NCBI GenBank assembly: GCA_951406725.2
Contig: OX597815.1
Span: 73,594,001 to 73,658,000 of the forward strand
DNA from: Octopus vulgaris
Lineage: Eukaryota
DNA: 64,000 nucleotides
Reading direction: 5' to 3'
The number at the start of each line of letters is the position of its first letter. Positions within the stretch are counted from its first letter, which is position 1. A program made the translations under genes and the position numbers. Below the pieces are notes generated by a model, which was not told the DNA's origin, made no database searches, and worked only from the letters and a program-made list of their open reading frames with translations. Below are positions 41,485 to 53,797 of this stretch, in pieces.

Positions 41485-42090
41485 TAGTGGTGGTGGTGGT
41501 GGTGGTGGTGGCAATGGCAGGTTAGTGGTTGTTGTTGTTGTTGTTGTGGTGATGGTGGTGGTGGTGGTGGTGGTGGTAGTGTTAGTGGTAACTGCAATGA
41601 CCATCATCGTCATCATCATCATCATCATCATAACGATGACAATGATGCTGACAAGGAGAGGAGGAGGAAAAAGCAGTAATGGAGGAAGGGAAGATGGAAA
41701 AACAGGTGGAGGAGGTGGCAGCGGTGGTGTTGATGGTGGTGGTGGCTGTGGTATTGGTGGTAGCAATAATGATGATAAGGCAGGGTAGAAGGGAAGGTGA
41801 AAGAGGAGCAAAAGAAGGAGTTGGAAGAAGAGGAGAGAAGAAGGAGGTATGTTACAAGAGTTGAGTACAGAAAATGCAACAGGAAAAAAAACAATAAAAA
41901 ATGGTAATTAGAATGGAAAATATAAATATTTGTACATTGTAGTACAGTAGTTATATATCATCATCACCACCAGTATCATCATCATCATCATCACCATCAG
42001 CATCATCACCGCTATCATCGTTCACCACCACCACTAGTGCAAGCATCAAACCACCACCACCACCAACATCATCGTCATCATCATCAACAT
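41485..42090. repeat. Compound trinucleotide microsatellite field (GGT/GTT/CAT/GGA/CAC)
   Basis: Direct reading. Confidence 0.85.
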
Positions 42091-43135
42091 CCATTTAATG
42101 TTCATTTTTCCATGCTTTCCTCTTGTTAATCCTCACATGTTTCCAAACAAGGTAATGTTTCCCCATAGCCAGACATGTTTTAGCAGAAGATTGGAAATGA
42201 ATTACACAGCTCCAATGTCTGTGACACTTATTTAGAATTAACATGCTATCTCAAAGCAAAGGAAATATAGACATACATCCATGTAAATTTACACATGAAT
42301 GTTTATGTCTATGTTTGTGTGTGTGTGTGTGCATACATATGTGTGTGTATATATATATTTGTATATACATACACACACACACATGCATATATATGATTTT
42401 GGGTCCAGTCCCATTGCAGCACACCTGGGTGAGTGTCTTCTATAGCCCTGGACTGACTAAAGCCTTGTGAGTGGATTTGGTTAACAGAAACAAAAAGAAG
42501 CTTATCATATGTATGCACACGTGCACACACACACATACACACACACACACACATTTAAACAGCTGTAGAAATCATACCAGAGAAATGGAGCCTGGTGCAA
42601 TTCCTGGCCTTACTAGCTCTAGTCAAACTGTCTAACCCATGCCAGCATGGAAAACAGATGTTAAATGATGATGATGATGATGATGATGATGAAAATGAAG
42701 GGTCATTTTCTATGTCTTGTGAATAGTCATGACTGGTGCTGGCATCATGACAAAAAAAGCCATCAGTACACTTTGTGAGAAAGGTTGGTGTTAGGAAGGA
42801 TATCCAGCCATAGAAACCATGCCAAAACAGACACTGGAGCTCAATCCAGTCCTCTAATGCTTTGAAATGTACAACTAATGTCAGCAAGGTAGACAGATGT
42901 TAACTGATGATGACGATATACACACATGTGATGTTTGTCCTTCATATCTCTGAAGATGACCAAATTAGCAGCTTTAGTGTTTGTGGGCCTTGAGGTGGCT
43001 TATTAGGCCAAAAATGGCATAAAATCCCCTGATTATTGTGTGGATACATTATAGGAGAATCAAGACCTGGTGGGATTCTTACTTTCTATGCAACCCCACT
43101 CCCTTTAGTATATGTGTATCTAACCATCCATCCAT

Positions 43136-43192
<57 letters not shown>

Positions 43193-43369
43193 TTAGTAGT
43201 ATATCGCTTATGGTTAGCCAGAAAGGTACCATTGGTTTCACATCTACTATTGCACATGGTAATATAGGCAACTCATCAAATCTGCTGGCTGGAGGCACAT
43301 AACCTCAGGTGCTTTCTTGATTCCAAAAAGTGAAATTTTTATTTGGTGCCTTCATGATAGTTTGTTTAT

Positions 43370-44108
43370 GGTGCCTTTTATGTGTCTTCTCAAGCACAGC
43401 ATATTTCCAAAGGTCTTGGTCACTAGTCATTTCGTCGGTGAGGCCTAAAGTTCAAAGGTCGTGCTTCACCATTTCATCCCAGGTCTTCCTAGGTCTACCT
43501 CTTCCACAGGTTCCCTCAACTGCTAGGGTGTGACACTTTTTCACACAGCTATCCTCATCCATTCTCACCACATGACCATACCAGCGCAGTTGTCTCTCTT
43601 GTACACTACATTTGATGCTTCTTAGGTCCAACTTTTCTCTCAAGGTACTTACACTTTGTCGAGTATGCACACTGACATTACACATCTATCGGATCATACT
43701 GGCTTCATTCCTTGCGAGTTTACGCATGTCCTCAGCAGTCACAGCCCATGTTTCACTGCCATGTAGCATGGCTGTTTGTACACATGCATCATACAGTCTA
43801 CATTTTACTCTGAGAGGGAGGCCCTTTGTCACCAGCAGAAGTAAGAGCTCTCTGAACTTTGCCCAGGCTAGTCTTATTCTAGCAGCTACACTTTCAGCGC
43901 ACCCTCCCCCGCAACTGACTAGGTCACCTAGGTAACGGAAGCTATCAACTACTTCTAGTCTTCCTCCTTAGAATGTGGCGGAAGTTGTGCTCTACACATT
44001 TTCAGTGTTTATTGCTCCTGAGCATCTGCCACATACAAAATCTATCTTCCCAGTTAGCCTTCCTTTGATATTACTGCACCTCTTATGTGTCCATAGCTTA
44101 CACTATGC
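43370..44108 (-). mobile_element. RTE-clade LINE ORF fragment (C-terminal region)
   Basis: VVDSFRYLGD, MLHGSETW, LRWYGHVVRMDED..VEGTCGRGRPRKTWDE motifs. Confidence 0.9.
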
Positions 44109-44286
44109 ATACATATATATATATATATAAATCAAAATAAGCAACAAGGATATCCAGAGATAATGCAGTACGATTGTTTCATGCAACTCCATTTAATTGA
44201 ACAATGCAATCATTACATCAATTTAAAATGTAGAGCAATCTTAAGTTGCACAAAGACATAGAATTTAATGAAATAAGAACAGATGG

Positions 44287-44451
44287 ACACATAAGTATAA
44301 TTATACATAAAATCTCCTAGAAGTTAAGGAGATAGACAAAGAATATGTTGTACCTACAACAGCATATGACTATACTGTTGTAGGTACAACATGTTCTTTG
44401 TCTATCTCCTTAACCTCTTGGAGATGTTAGGTATAATTATACTAATGTGTC
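44287..44451. repeat. Hairpin inverted repeat, arms ~78 bp
   Basis: GTTAAGGAGATAGACAAAGAATATGTTGTACCTACAACAG / CTGTTGTAGGTACAACATGTTCTTTGTCTATCTCCTTAAC. Confidence 0.9.
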
Positions 44452-44623
44452 TATATCTGGCTGCCCTCTCTAATGCCTGCAACTTTACAAAATGTACTAG
44501 GTGTATTGTTTTTGGTTTCTTTTTTGTGGCTCCAACATTTGTGAAATTATCAAATAATTTGCAAAACTAAAGAGGCCCTACAACTGAGAAGATTAACAGG
44601 AGAGCAGGTAGTGATTTTAAATT

Positions 44624-44940
44624 AGGTGTAGCTGTGTGGCAAGAATATTGCTTTTCAACCACATGGTGCCTTCTACTATAACCTTGGGCTGGCCAAAACC
44701 TTGTGAGTGGATTTGGTTGATGGAAACTGAAAGAATCTCGTCATATGTGTGTGTGTATGTGTGTCTTTGTGTCTGTGTTTCCCCACCCTGTCTCCATCAC
44801 TTGATGCTACTGTGTTTATGTTCCTGTAACTTGGCAGTTCAGCAAAAGAGACTGATAGAATAAGTACTTGGCGTACAAAGAATAAGTCCTGTGGTTGATT
44901 TCTTTGACTAAAGAGTGATGCTCCAGTATGGCTACAGTCA
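44624..44940 (+). mobile_element. OR-like SINE
   Basis: Head, core and tail motifs; internal deletion. Confidence 0.8.
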
Positions 44941-44942
44941 TA

Positions 44943-46007
44943 GATACGACTATTTCCTTACATGTTGAAAAAATAGATGCTTTGATGGAACTTCTACAAT
45001 TCACCTTGATTCGAAAAAGCTGTGAGTGAGACGAATAGAATAATTTTTTAAAAATTATTGGACTATAGTTTATATAAAAATTATTGGACTATAGTTTCGG
45101 GTTACAAATTAAATTAATTAATTTTAAAATATTAATTTAATATAAATTTGTCAAGTATGACCCTCTTCAGCACTATCTCTCCATATTTACAAAAAATATG
45201 AATAATTTTTAAAATATTACCTTATTCGTCCACAGCCATTCAAATTTCAAGGTATAACTTCCGTGCTGCTGGCACGTAAAAAGCACCATCCGAATCGTGG
45301 CCAATGCCAGCGCTGCCTTGACTGGCTTCCGTGCCGGAGGCACGTAAAATGCACCAATCCGATTGTGGCCATTGCCAGCCTCGCCTGGCATCTGTGCGGG
45401 TGGCGCGTAAAAAGCACCCACTACACTCACGGAGTGGTTGGCGTTAGGAAGGGCATCCAGCTGTAGAAACACTGGCAGATCAGACTGGAGCCTGGTGCAG
45501 CCTTCTGGCTTCCCAGATCCCTGGTCGAACCGTCCAACCCATGCTAGCATGGAGAACGGACGTTAAACGATGATAAAATTATTTCAGAACAAGAGGATAA
45601 GGAAGCTATCCTCTTCAACATGCTTCTGCCTGGTGGCAAATACAAATATAAATTAAATTATTCATATTTTCCATAAATATGGAGAGATAATGCTGAAGAG
45701 GGTCGTACTTGACAAATTTAGATGAAATTAATTTTTTAAAATTGATTTATTTAATTTGTAAGGTTAGCCCAAACCTATAGCCCACTATTAACCCACAGTA
45801 ATTTTTAAAAAATTATTATATTCGTCTCACCTGCTTACAGCTTTTTTCATACCAAGGTGAATTGCAGATGTTTCATTGAAGCATCAATTTTTTCAATAGG
45901 TAAGGAAATAATCGTATCAATCTTCTTCTCTCCCTCTCTTTATATATGTATATTTATATTTACTGCCAGGCAGAAGCATGATGATAGTTTCCTTATCCTC
46001 TGGTTTT
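44943..46007. mobile_element. Penelope-like inverted pLTR pair (44943-45210 / 45655-45918) with an RTE-tail SINE in the spacer (~45255-45575)
   Basis: Arms are reverse complements; both carry CTGAAGAGGG and the ACTATAG stem III motif; a second small inverted pair lies at 45587-45640 / 45960-46007. Confidence 0.8.
45081..45176 (-). ncRNA. Type I hammerhead ribozyme motif with long stem II
   Basis: AUAGUG-CUGAAGA-GGG..(ACAAAUU/AAUUUGU)..CCC-GAA-ACUAUAGU-C-CAAUA; catalytic core intact, GUC cleavage triplet. Confidence 0.7.
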
Positions 46008-46019
46008 GAAATATATATA

Positions 46020-46140
46020 TAAAGTTAATCCAAACAAGAAAACAAAGAGAAAACACAACAACGCGAGGATGTGGAACAAATATAGTATTATTGGACGCTC
46101 AGGAAAGAAGGAAAGAAGGAGGGTTTAACGTTTCGAGTAG
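46020..46140 (-). repeat. Truncated repeat fragment ending in a CTCGAAACGTTA motif (PLE-like)
   Basis: Minus strand reads CTCGAAACGTTAAACCCTCC; the CUGANGA half is absent. Confidence 0.35.
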
Positions 46141-46583
46141 ATGATATATATATATCATTCTCCTCCTCCTCCTCATCATCATTGTTTAATTTCCGCTTTC
46201 CATGCTGGCATGGGTTGGATGGTTTGACTGAGGGTTGGTAAGTCAGAAGGCTGTACCAGGCTCCAATCTGATCGGGCAAGTTTTCTACAGCTTGATGCCC
46301 TTACTAATGCCAACCACTCTAAGAGTGTAGTGGGTGCTTTTTACGTGTCACCAGCATGAGCGCCAGTCAGGTGGTACTGGGAACAACCACGCTCGAAAGG
46401 TGCTTTTTACGTGCAACTGGCACGGGTGCCAGTCAGACGGTACTGGCATCAACCACGACAATGATTTCACTTGACTCAAAAGGTCCACTCAAGCACAGTT
46501 CATTACCCAATGATTGAAGGGTACTCTTAAATGAGCTGGTTATGCTACACTAGCATAGGCCACGGTTACAGTCTCACTTTATG

Positions 46584-46709
46584 AATTTTTAAAGTATCTC
46601 TATAGATTTTCTATAGAAATCAAAGCCAGTACTGATTTGAAATGTGGTAATAAATCAGTGTTGGCCCTAATTTCTATTGAAAATCTGTAGAGATAGCTTT
46701 AAAAATTGA
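46584..46709. repeat. Diverged inverted repeat, arms ~50 bp
   Basis: AATTTTTAAAG.TATCTCTATAGATTTTC.ATAGAAAT..ACTGATTT / AAATCAGT..ATTTCTATTGAAAATCTGTAGAGATAGCTTTAAAAATT. Confidence 0.8.
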
Positions 46710-46784
46710 TTTAATAGTACTGCTAACTCAGGAGAGGCACAGTACTGACTTATAAGGTTTTACTATTCTTGGTTGTATATTATG

Positions 46785-47010
46785 GTTGCGCGCTGGCAGA
46801 AATGTTAGCATGCTGTGCGAAACACTTAGCAGTATTTCATCTGCCGCTATGTTCTGAGTTCAAATTCCGCCAGGGTCGACTTTTTCTTTCATCCTTTCGG
46901 GGTCGATTAAATAAGTTATGCACTGAAGTAGATATAATCGACTTAATCTGTTTGTCTGTCCTTGTTTGTCCCCTCTGTGTTTAGCCCCTTGTGGGTAGTA
47001 AAGAAATAGG
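46785..47010 (+). mobile_element. Nin-type SINE
   Basis: Same as 6173-6400. Confidence 0.8.
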
Positions 47011-48305
47011 TATTCCTACCAGCAATTAATGTATACTTTTATGTCTTTTATGTAAGTAATGGTGCATAGCCTAGTGGTTAGGATGTTGCACTGGCAATGG
47101 CAAGATGGTGGGTTCAGTTCCCCGATCAGGCGAAGTTTTGTCTTTTTGAGCAAAATATTTCATGTTGCTCTGTGATCATTTTGATATCTGATGTGTGATG
47201 TGCTTGTACACCTGAACAAGCAATGTCAAATTGATGGAAGGAGCAAGCTTATGTAAAAGCAAACATTTGATCACTATTAGCAAATCGTTTGTGTAGTTGT
47301 CCAATAAGAAATTGCAGATCCCTCATATGTCGTCTAATGGCAGCAGAGTCCATAACATCTCTACCCACATTTTACATTGACCCTTCCCCCCACCGTTATC
47401 TCTCCTCCTCCACTCCCACTCTCCCATGCACTCTTGCAACTTCTACCTACCTAGTTTTGTTGCCTCCGACTTCTACTCACCTCGTACTTTGAAAGTGCAT
47501 CCAAACACCTCATCACTACTAATTTTATCTTTTTTTCTGTCAGCTCACTCCACCCCAATCACTCCTACTCTCTCTACTGAAATATGGGTAACCAATGTAG
47601 CTCCTCTACTGCAAGAAACCTCTTCTGCTCTGGCCCCCTTCTCTCATACTCTAACTCCTGATCCAGCATAAAGCTACTCATCTTGAGGTTTGTACACTTG
47701 TAATCTGCATGGCAGCCTCATTAGTGTCGGTGACATACAACAAAAATTATGCAGTACACACAGTAAAATGATTTGCATTAAGAAGGGCAGCTAGTTGTAG
47801 AAACTAAAAGCAGATATTGGAGCATAACCCAGTCCAAGTCATCAGACGCTAACAAGCTGTCCACCCCTTGCCAGAATAGAAGCTGGACATCAAATGTTGA
47901 TATATGGTTTATCCCCACTCACCCTTATAAAATATGAGGATGCCATGTATCTTATCTATAGCAAGGGTCCTGCACTTGTGCCTCAGTCATTTTTCAACAC
48001 CTTGTATAAAGCCACCTCCTCCACCTCCATCTCAAATGCCACCCATCCACTTTTCTATTTCCTGTCTTGTGAGTTAATGGCAGCAGAATCAGAAAAGCAC
48101 CCAGGACATACTGTAAATTAGTTAGCATTAGGAAGGGCATCCAGTCATAGGGGCCATACCAAAGTTAATACTGGAGCTCAATGTATCTGTTCCATGCTGG
48201 ATTCTGGCAAACAATCCAAACCATGCTAGCATAGAATAAGGACATTAAATGGTGATGATGATGATAAATATATCAATCTTTCTATCTATCTATCTATCTA
48301 TCTAG

Positions 48306-48342
<37 letters not shown>

Positions 48343-48556
48343 CACACACACATACACATACACACACACATATATATACATATGTATACACATATATGTA
48401 CATAAATATATATACACCTATATATATACATATATATGCACACATATGTACACATATATATACACATATACATACATACACACATACACACGCATATATA
48501 TATAGACACACAATGTTATTATGAATTTCTGTGCAATTTTCTCAAAGATATATAAT

Positions 48557-48696
48557 AATAAATCTATTTAAAAACATAATAAAAAATTCTTTCACTGATC
48601 TTCTTGTTTTCACATATTAATTCTTTAATTCCACAGTAGAATTATTCTGTGAAAAGATGAGTGAAAGAATTTATGACATTTTGTAAATAGATTTAA
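48557..48696. repeat. Diverged inverted repeat
   Basis: TAAATCTATTTA..AAATTCTTTCACT.ATCTT..TTTTCACA / TGTGAAAAGATGAGTGAAAGAATTT..TAAATAGATTTA. Confidence 0.65.
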
Positions 48697-49679
48697 TTTA
48701 GAAATGATTCATTTTCCACATTTTCAACTCTCATTACGTATACAAACTGTGATGTGATTCTCAAGTTGTAGAAATATGTTTTGCAGCAAATTGTCATTTA
48801 TATCTTAAATCCCATTAATTATTCTAACTGGCAAGCCATCTATAGAACGAGGTTTAGTTGAATAAACAGTTGTCTTTTATATGTGCCCATAAAATGAAGT
48901 TGAAGTAATTAAGAAATTGCTAAAATATTAATAAACAATTATAATAAATATTTTTTGATTGACAGCAATAAAATAGATGTATCAGGCTATTAAATGTCCT
49001 CTACAGATTAATTCTATTGTGTGTATATAGAATTAAAGTTGTAAAAATGAAAGAATTTTAAGAAATCTAAGCATTGCGCAATGACTTTATATTGACCCTA
49101 ATTTCATATATATGCATACATACATATATACATACATATATACATACATACATACACACACACATATGATTATACATATATATATATATATATATAAATA
49201 CATAAACACACACACACGCACATAGATATAAGGTGCAGGCATGGCTGTGTGGTTAAGAAGCTTGCTTCCCAGCCATATGGTTCTGGGTTCAGTCCTACTG
49301 TAAGGTACCTTGGGCAAGTGTCTTCTGCTATAGTCTCAGGCCAACCAAAGTCTCGTGATTGAATTTGGTAGGTGGAAGTTTCTGTCATGTGTACATGTGT
49401 GTGTAAGTGCTTGTGCCTCTTAACAAAGAAGAGGAAGTATACAGACATTTATGATTGTACACACACACACACACATGAACACACACACACACACGCATTT
49501 GACTTTTTCCACTGAGTTGGAATTCTTCCCTCGTCTAGATAGTGCATGAATCGCTTGGCGAGGATTTTCCAGAGGTGCTCTCTGCCTGACTTTAACACCT
49601 CTGATGTTATACCATCTTTCCCTTTTTCATCAAGCCAATGGCTCTTTCGACCTCACTGACAAGGATAGGTGGCACATTT

Positions 49680-49945
49680 TCTTCCTGTTGGAGTGGTGGT
49701 AATGGCTGGACATATTGCCCAGCTCACCGATAATCGGTGGACCCATGCAGTTGTCGACTGGTACCCGTGCGAGCAGCAACAACTACTCAGAAGGCCTCCA
49801 CGATGGTGGAGTTACGATTTTAGGAGGACGATAGGGATCACATGGATGAGGAAGGCATGATCCAGAGAGGAGTGGACAAGGTGCTGTTACCAGCGGTGTC
49901 AAATGGATGTCTGACAGATTGGTCAGTCAAGGTGATCAAGGTGAT
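49680..49945 (+). mobile_element. RTE-like LINE 3' fragment (second family)
   Basis: AGHIAQLTDNRWTHAVVDWYP...RPPRWW motif; tail (CAAGGTGAT)2. Confidence 0.75.
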
Positions 49946-50023
49946 ATATATTTATATATACATACACAGCCATGCCTGCACCTTATATATATATATATAC
50001 ACATATACATACATATATATATA

Positions 50024-50541
50024 TCAGGTCATTAAAAATGAAATGCACCAAGTTTGACAGTCGTGAACTGTAATGTTTTATCCTGACAATTCTTTGTTTT
50101 ACAACATTGAGTTGTTGCATCATCACTTTTTGAAATGCAAATCATGGTGTCTGATTCTATTGTGGGTTTTCTCTTGTAAATCAATTTTTGTGAACCTATC
50201 GATAGCTAAAAAAAATTCGTGTTTTTTATGAATATGAGTTCCGTTGTGAAACCACTGCATTCCATGTAGCTCAAGACATCAATAAGGTGTTTGATGAAGA
50301 TGTGGTGAATGAGCGCACTGTACATCAATGGTTTGAGAATTTCCATTTTGGTGACTTTACTCTTGAAAATTATCCCCATGGTAGACCTGAGACCAAAGTG
50401 GATAATGATGAGCTGGAAATCGTAATGGAAATTGTGTTGATGATTTAGGTGCATACATTGATTAACTGCATTGCTTTTTGCTGCGATGAAGTAAAATAAA
50501 CTTTCAGTTCAAAACTGGACATTTTATTCTTAATGACCTGA
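50024..50541 (+). mobile_element. Internally deleted mariner element
   Basis: TIRs TCAGGTCATTAAAAATGAAATG / CATTTTATTCTTAATGACCTGA with TA flanks; HTH remnant INKVFDEDVVNERTVHQWF..GDFTLEN..GRP. Confidence 0.85.
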
Positions 50542-50581
50542 TATATATGTGTATATGTATACACACACACATGTACTTATG

Positions 50582-50619
<38 letters not shown>

Positions 50620-50655
50620 CCATGATAAAACTCCGAGTTTTTTTTCCGATGGCTG

Positions 50656-50716
50656 GATAACTGAAGAGATGGCAGCGTGGCTTTCTACCTCGGCATCCAA
50701 AACTCGGAGTTTTATC
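50656..50716 (+). ncRNA. Type I hammerhead ribozyme motif with one core substitution
   Basis: GAUAA-CUGAAGA-GAUG..CAUCC-AAA(for GAA)-ACUCGGAGU-U-UUAUC; preceded by a 25-bp inverted copy of its 3' part (50617-50641). Confidence 0.6.
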
Positions 50717-51699
50717 ATGGCTACCGAATAATCGTCACATATTACATTTACAGATAAATTCCTCTATTTACATAATATCGAGGTCTCTTTCATTTTGTTG
50801 TCTTACCATTTTTATCAATATATGTATATATACTCTTTTACTTGTTTCAGTCATTTGACTTTGGCCATGCTGGAGCACTACCTTTAGTCGAACAAATCAA
50901 CCCCAGGACTTATTCTTTGTAAGCCTAGTACTTATTCTATCGGTCTCAGTTGGACAGGAAATATATATGAGTATATTATTTATGTAGAATTATGAGTTTA
51001 ACCTCAAAACAGCCGATTTGTGTCACTGAATCAAGCGGTTTTATATCAAGTGTCTTCTACTCTAGCCCTGAACTAACCAAGCCCTTATTAATGGGCTTGA
51101 TAGATGGAAACTGAAAGAAGCCTGTCATGTTTATATGTATTTGTATGTGTGTATGTGTATGTGTTTGTGTCCTCTTGTCTTGACATCATGTAGTGGATGT
51201 AAATGATGTCACCATCATGCAAGTGATGTTGTTTGTTTCCAGTCTTCTGTGGGAAAATATATTTAGCCATAGGGAAATATTACCTTGCTTGGAAACAGGT
51301 GAGGCTTGGTGACAGGAAGAGCATCCATCCAAAGAAAATATGCCTCAATAAAGTCCTTCTGACCCATGCAAGCATGGAAAACTGGGCATTATGATGATGT
51401 CAATGACATATGTATATATTTAGTAACAAGTAGACCCAAACCTAAATGAGCTATGAAAAGTTGCCTGGTATATAATTCCTATTTACTCTTAGTGAGATTC
51501 TTTTCTTTGACTCTGCCAAACTGGTTATCCTACCACATGGTAACTGCTGAATCCTATTGCTGACTACATGACAACAATATACTCTCTGCTTAACCACATG
51601 GGGTATATAACAGAAGGAATTGCTATTGTTGCTTAGCCATAAGTATCCATTTGAATGGACGGCTAAAGATTCTAGCTCTCAGGCCATTCTTTTAGTTTT

Positions 51700-51907
51700 T
51701 CAAGCATTTGACTATGGCCATGCTGGAGTACTGCCTTAAATGGTTTTAGTCATAGAAATCAACCCCAGGACTTATTCTTTATTAGCCTAGTACTTATTCT
51801 ATTGGTCTCTTTTGCTGAAGTGCTAAGTTATGGGATGTAAACACACCAACTCCAGTTGTCAAGAAGTGATGGGAGGGACAAGCACTGACACAAAGACACA
51901 CACACAC

Positions 51908-51996
<89 letters not shown>

Positions 51997-52004
51997 CATA
52001 CATA

Positions 52005-52040
<36 letters not shown>

Positions 52041-52346
52041 CATACATATATATTTATATATATATCATCATCATCATCATCATTCATTTAGCGTCCGTTT
52101 TCCATGCTAGCATGGGTTGGACGGTTCAACTGGGGTCTGGGAGCCCGAAGGCTGCACCAGGCCAGTCAGATCTGGCAGTGTTTCTACAGCTGGATGCCCT
52201 TCCTAATGCCAACCACTCCGAGAGTGTAGTGGGTGATTTTATGTGCCACCGACACAGGTGCCAGACGAGGCTGGCAGACGGCCACGCTCGGATGGTGTTT
52301 TTATGTGCCACCGACACAGGTGCCAGATGAGGCTGGCGAACAGCCA

Positions 52347-52390
<44 letters not shown>

Positions 52391-52540
52391 GACAGGCTTC
52401 TTTTGGTTTCCATCAACTAAATCCACTCACAATGCTTTGGTCAGCTATAGAAGTCACTTGTAAAGGTGTCACACAGTGGGACTGAACCTAGAACCATGTG
52501 GTTGGGAAGCAAGCTTCTTACCACACAGCCACGCCTGCGT
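51700..52540 (-). mobile_element. OR-like SINE whose internal (TA)n carries a nested RTE-tail element (~52065-52350)
   Basis: SINE tail at 51700-51905, head at 52392-52540; nested element has a tandem TTTTATGTGCCACCGACACAGGTGCCAGA unit. Confidence 0.8.
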
Positions 52541-52992
52541 CTTTCTTAAATTTCTTTTAATTTTAAATTGTCTCAACTCTGTATATGTAGGCACAGTGTG
52601 GCCAGATCATTAAGAAGTTTACTTTACAACTACAAAGTCCCAGATTTGATCCCATGGTGAGGAATCTTGAGTAAATGTAACTTTCTATAACCTCAACTCA
52701 AGCCATACTCTTGTGAGATTGGGTAGAAGGAAACAGCATAGAAGCCTATTGTGTTGACTGCACCTGTAACTTAAAAGGTACAGCTTGTCACACACTGTGT
52801 CATATTGATTCTGCTAGAGAATTATGTTAATAGTATATGTATCTGTGGAATACTCAGCCACTTGCATGTTAATTCAGGGGCAGGTAATTCGGTTAATTGA
52901 ACAACTGAATCCTGATTGTTGAATGAAGAAGAACCATTCATCCATTATATATAGATACATATGGTTTTATATAAGTGCATATACATACATAC

Positions 52993-53023
<31 letters not shown>

Positions 53024-53093
53024 TGTAAATGTTTGTGTATAGTTTTTGGATTATTTGTAGGTATGTGTGTGTGAATCAATACTACATACATAC

Positions 53094-53128
<35 letters not shown>

Positions 53129-53731
53129 CATACACACACACACACACATGCAGATATCCTGTTTAAATTCTGCTTGCAAGGTTATAATATTTCTTTCTAT
53201 ACCCTTGAATAAACACGATGATTGATATTTCGGCAATTCGTCAAGAATTATGAATATATTTCTATTCCATTTTACTCTTTTTATTTATTTATACATTTAT
53301 TATTATTTTTTGTTCTTGCATCATATTTATATCTTTTTATTTTCAATGTATATGTGTATATGTATGCATGTGTTATTGTGTGTGTATGTGTGTGTGTGTG
53401 TGTGTGTAATTCTTTTTCTAGTTTCACAGTCCCAGCATGCTATGCAAAGTTAAGTTGCTATGTTTGCAGCTCAGTTTCATGCATTTCATTCTATAGAGCA
53501 TCACCAATCTTGTTTTTTTATTTTTTTGCTATTTTTTTCCTCTATATTTTTAGTTATTGCACCGTTCGTTGACAAAACATAAATCATAAAAAAACAAATA
53601 AAGTAGACAGATAAAGAGAGAAAGTGAGTGCGAGAAAGAGAGAGCGAACTGAGGAAAGTAAAGTAAAATGAAAGAAAGAAAGAAAGAAAGAAAAAAAGTG
53701 AATGAACGAAGAAAATGAATGAGATCTTCAC

Positions 53732-53797
53732 TCCAGCAACATTTTTCTGTTCAAGCAATATTTTCTCTCTTTGAACAAGATCCTTTAACTTTACTTC
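53732..53797 (-). CDS. Candidate internal exon (EVKLKDLVQREKILLEQKNVAG)
   Basis: TTTTCAG acceptor, coiled-coil-like peptide, weak donor GTGAAG; phase 0 matches the 55392 exon. Confidence 0.35.

Noticed and set aside
47061-47135. tRNA-like sequences (also ~61492-61560 and the OR-like SINE heads)
   Set aside because: Degenerate A/B boxes followed by SINE body; no complete cloverleaf.
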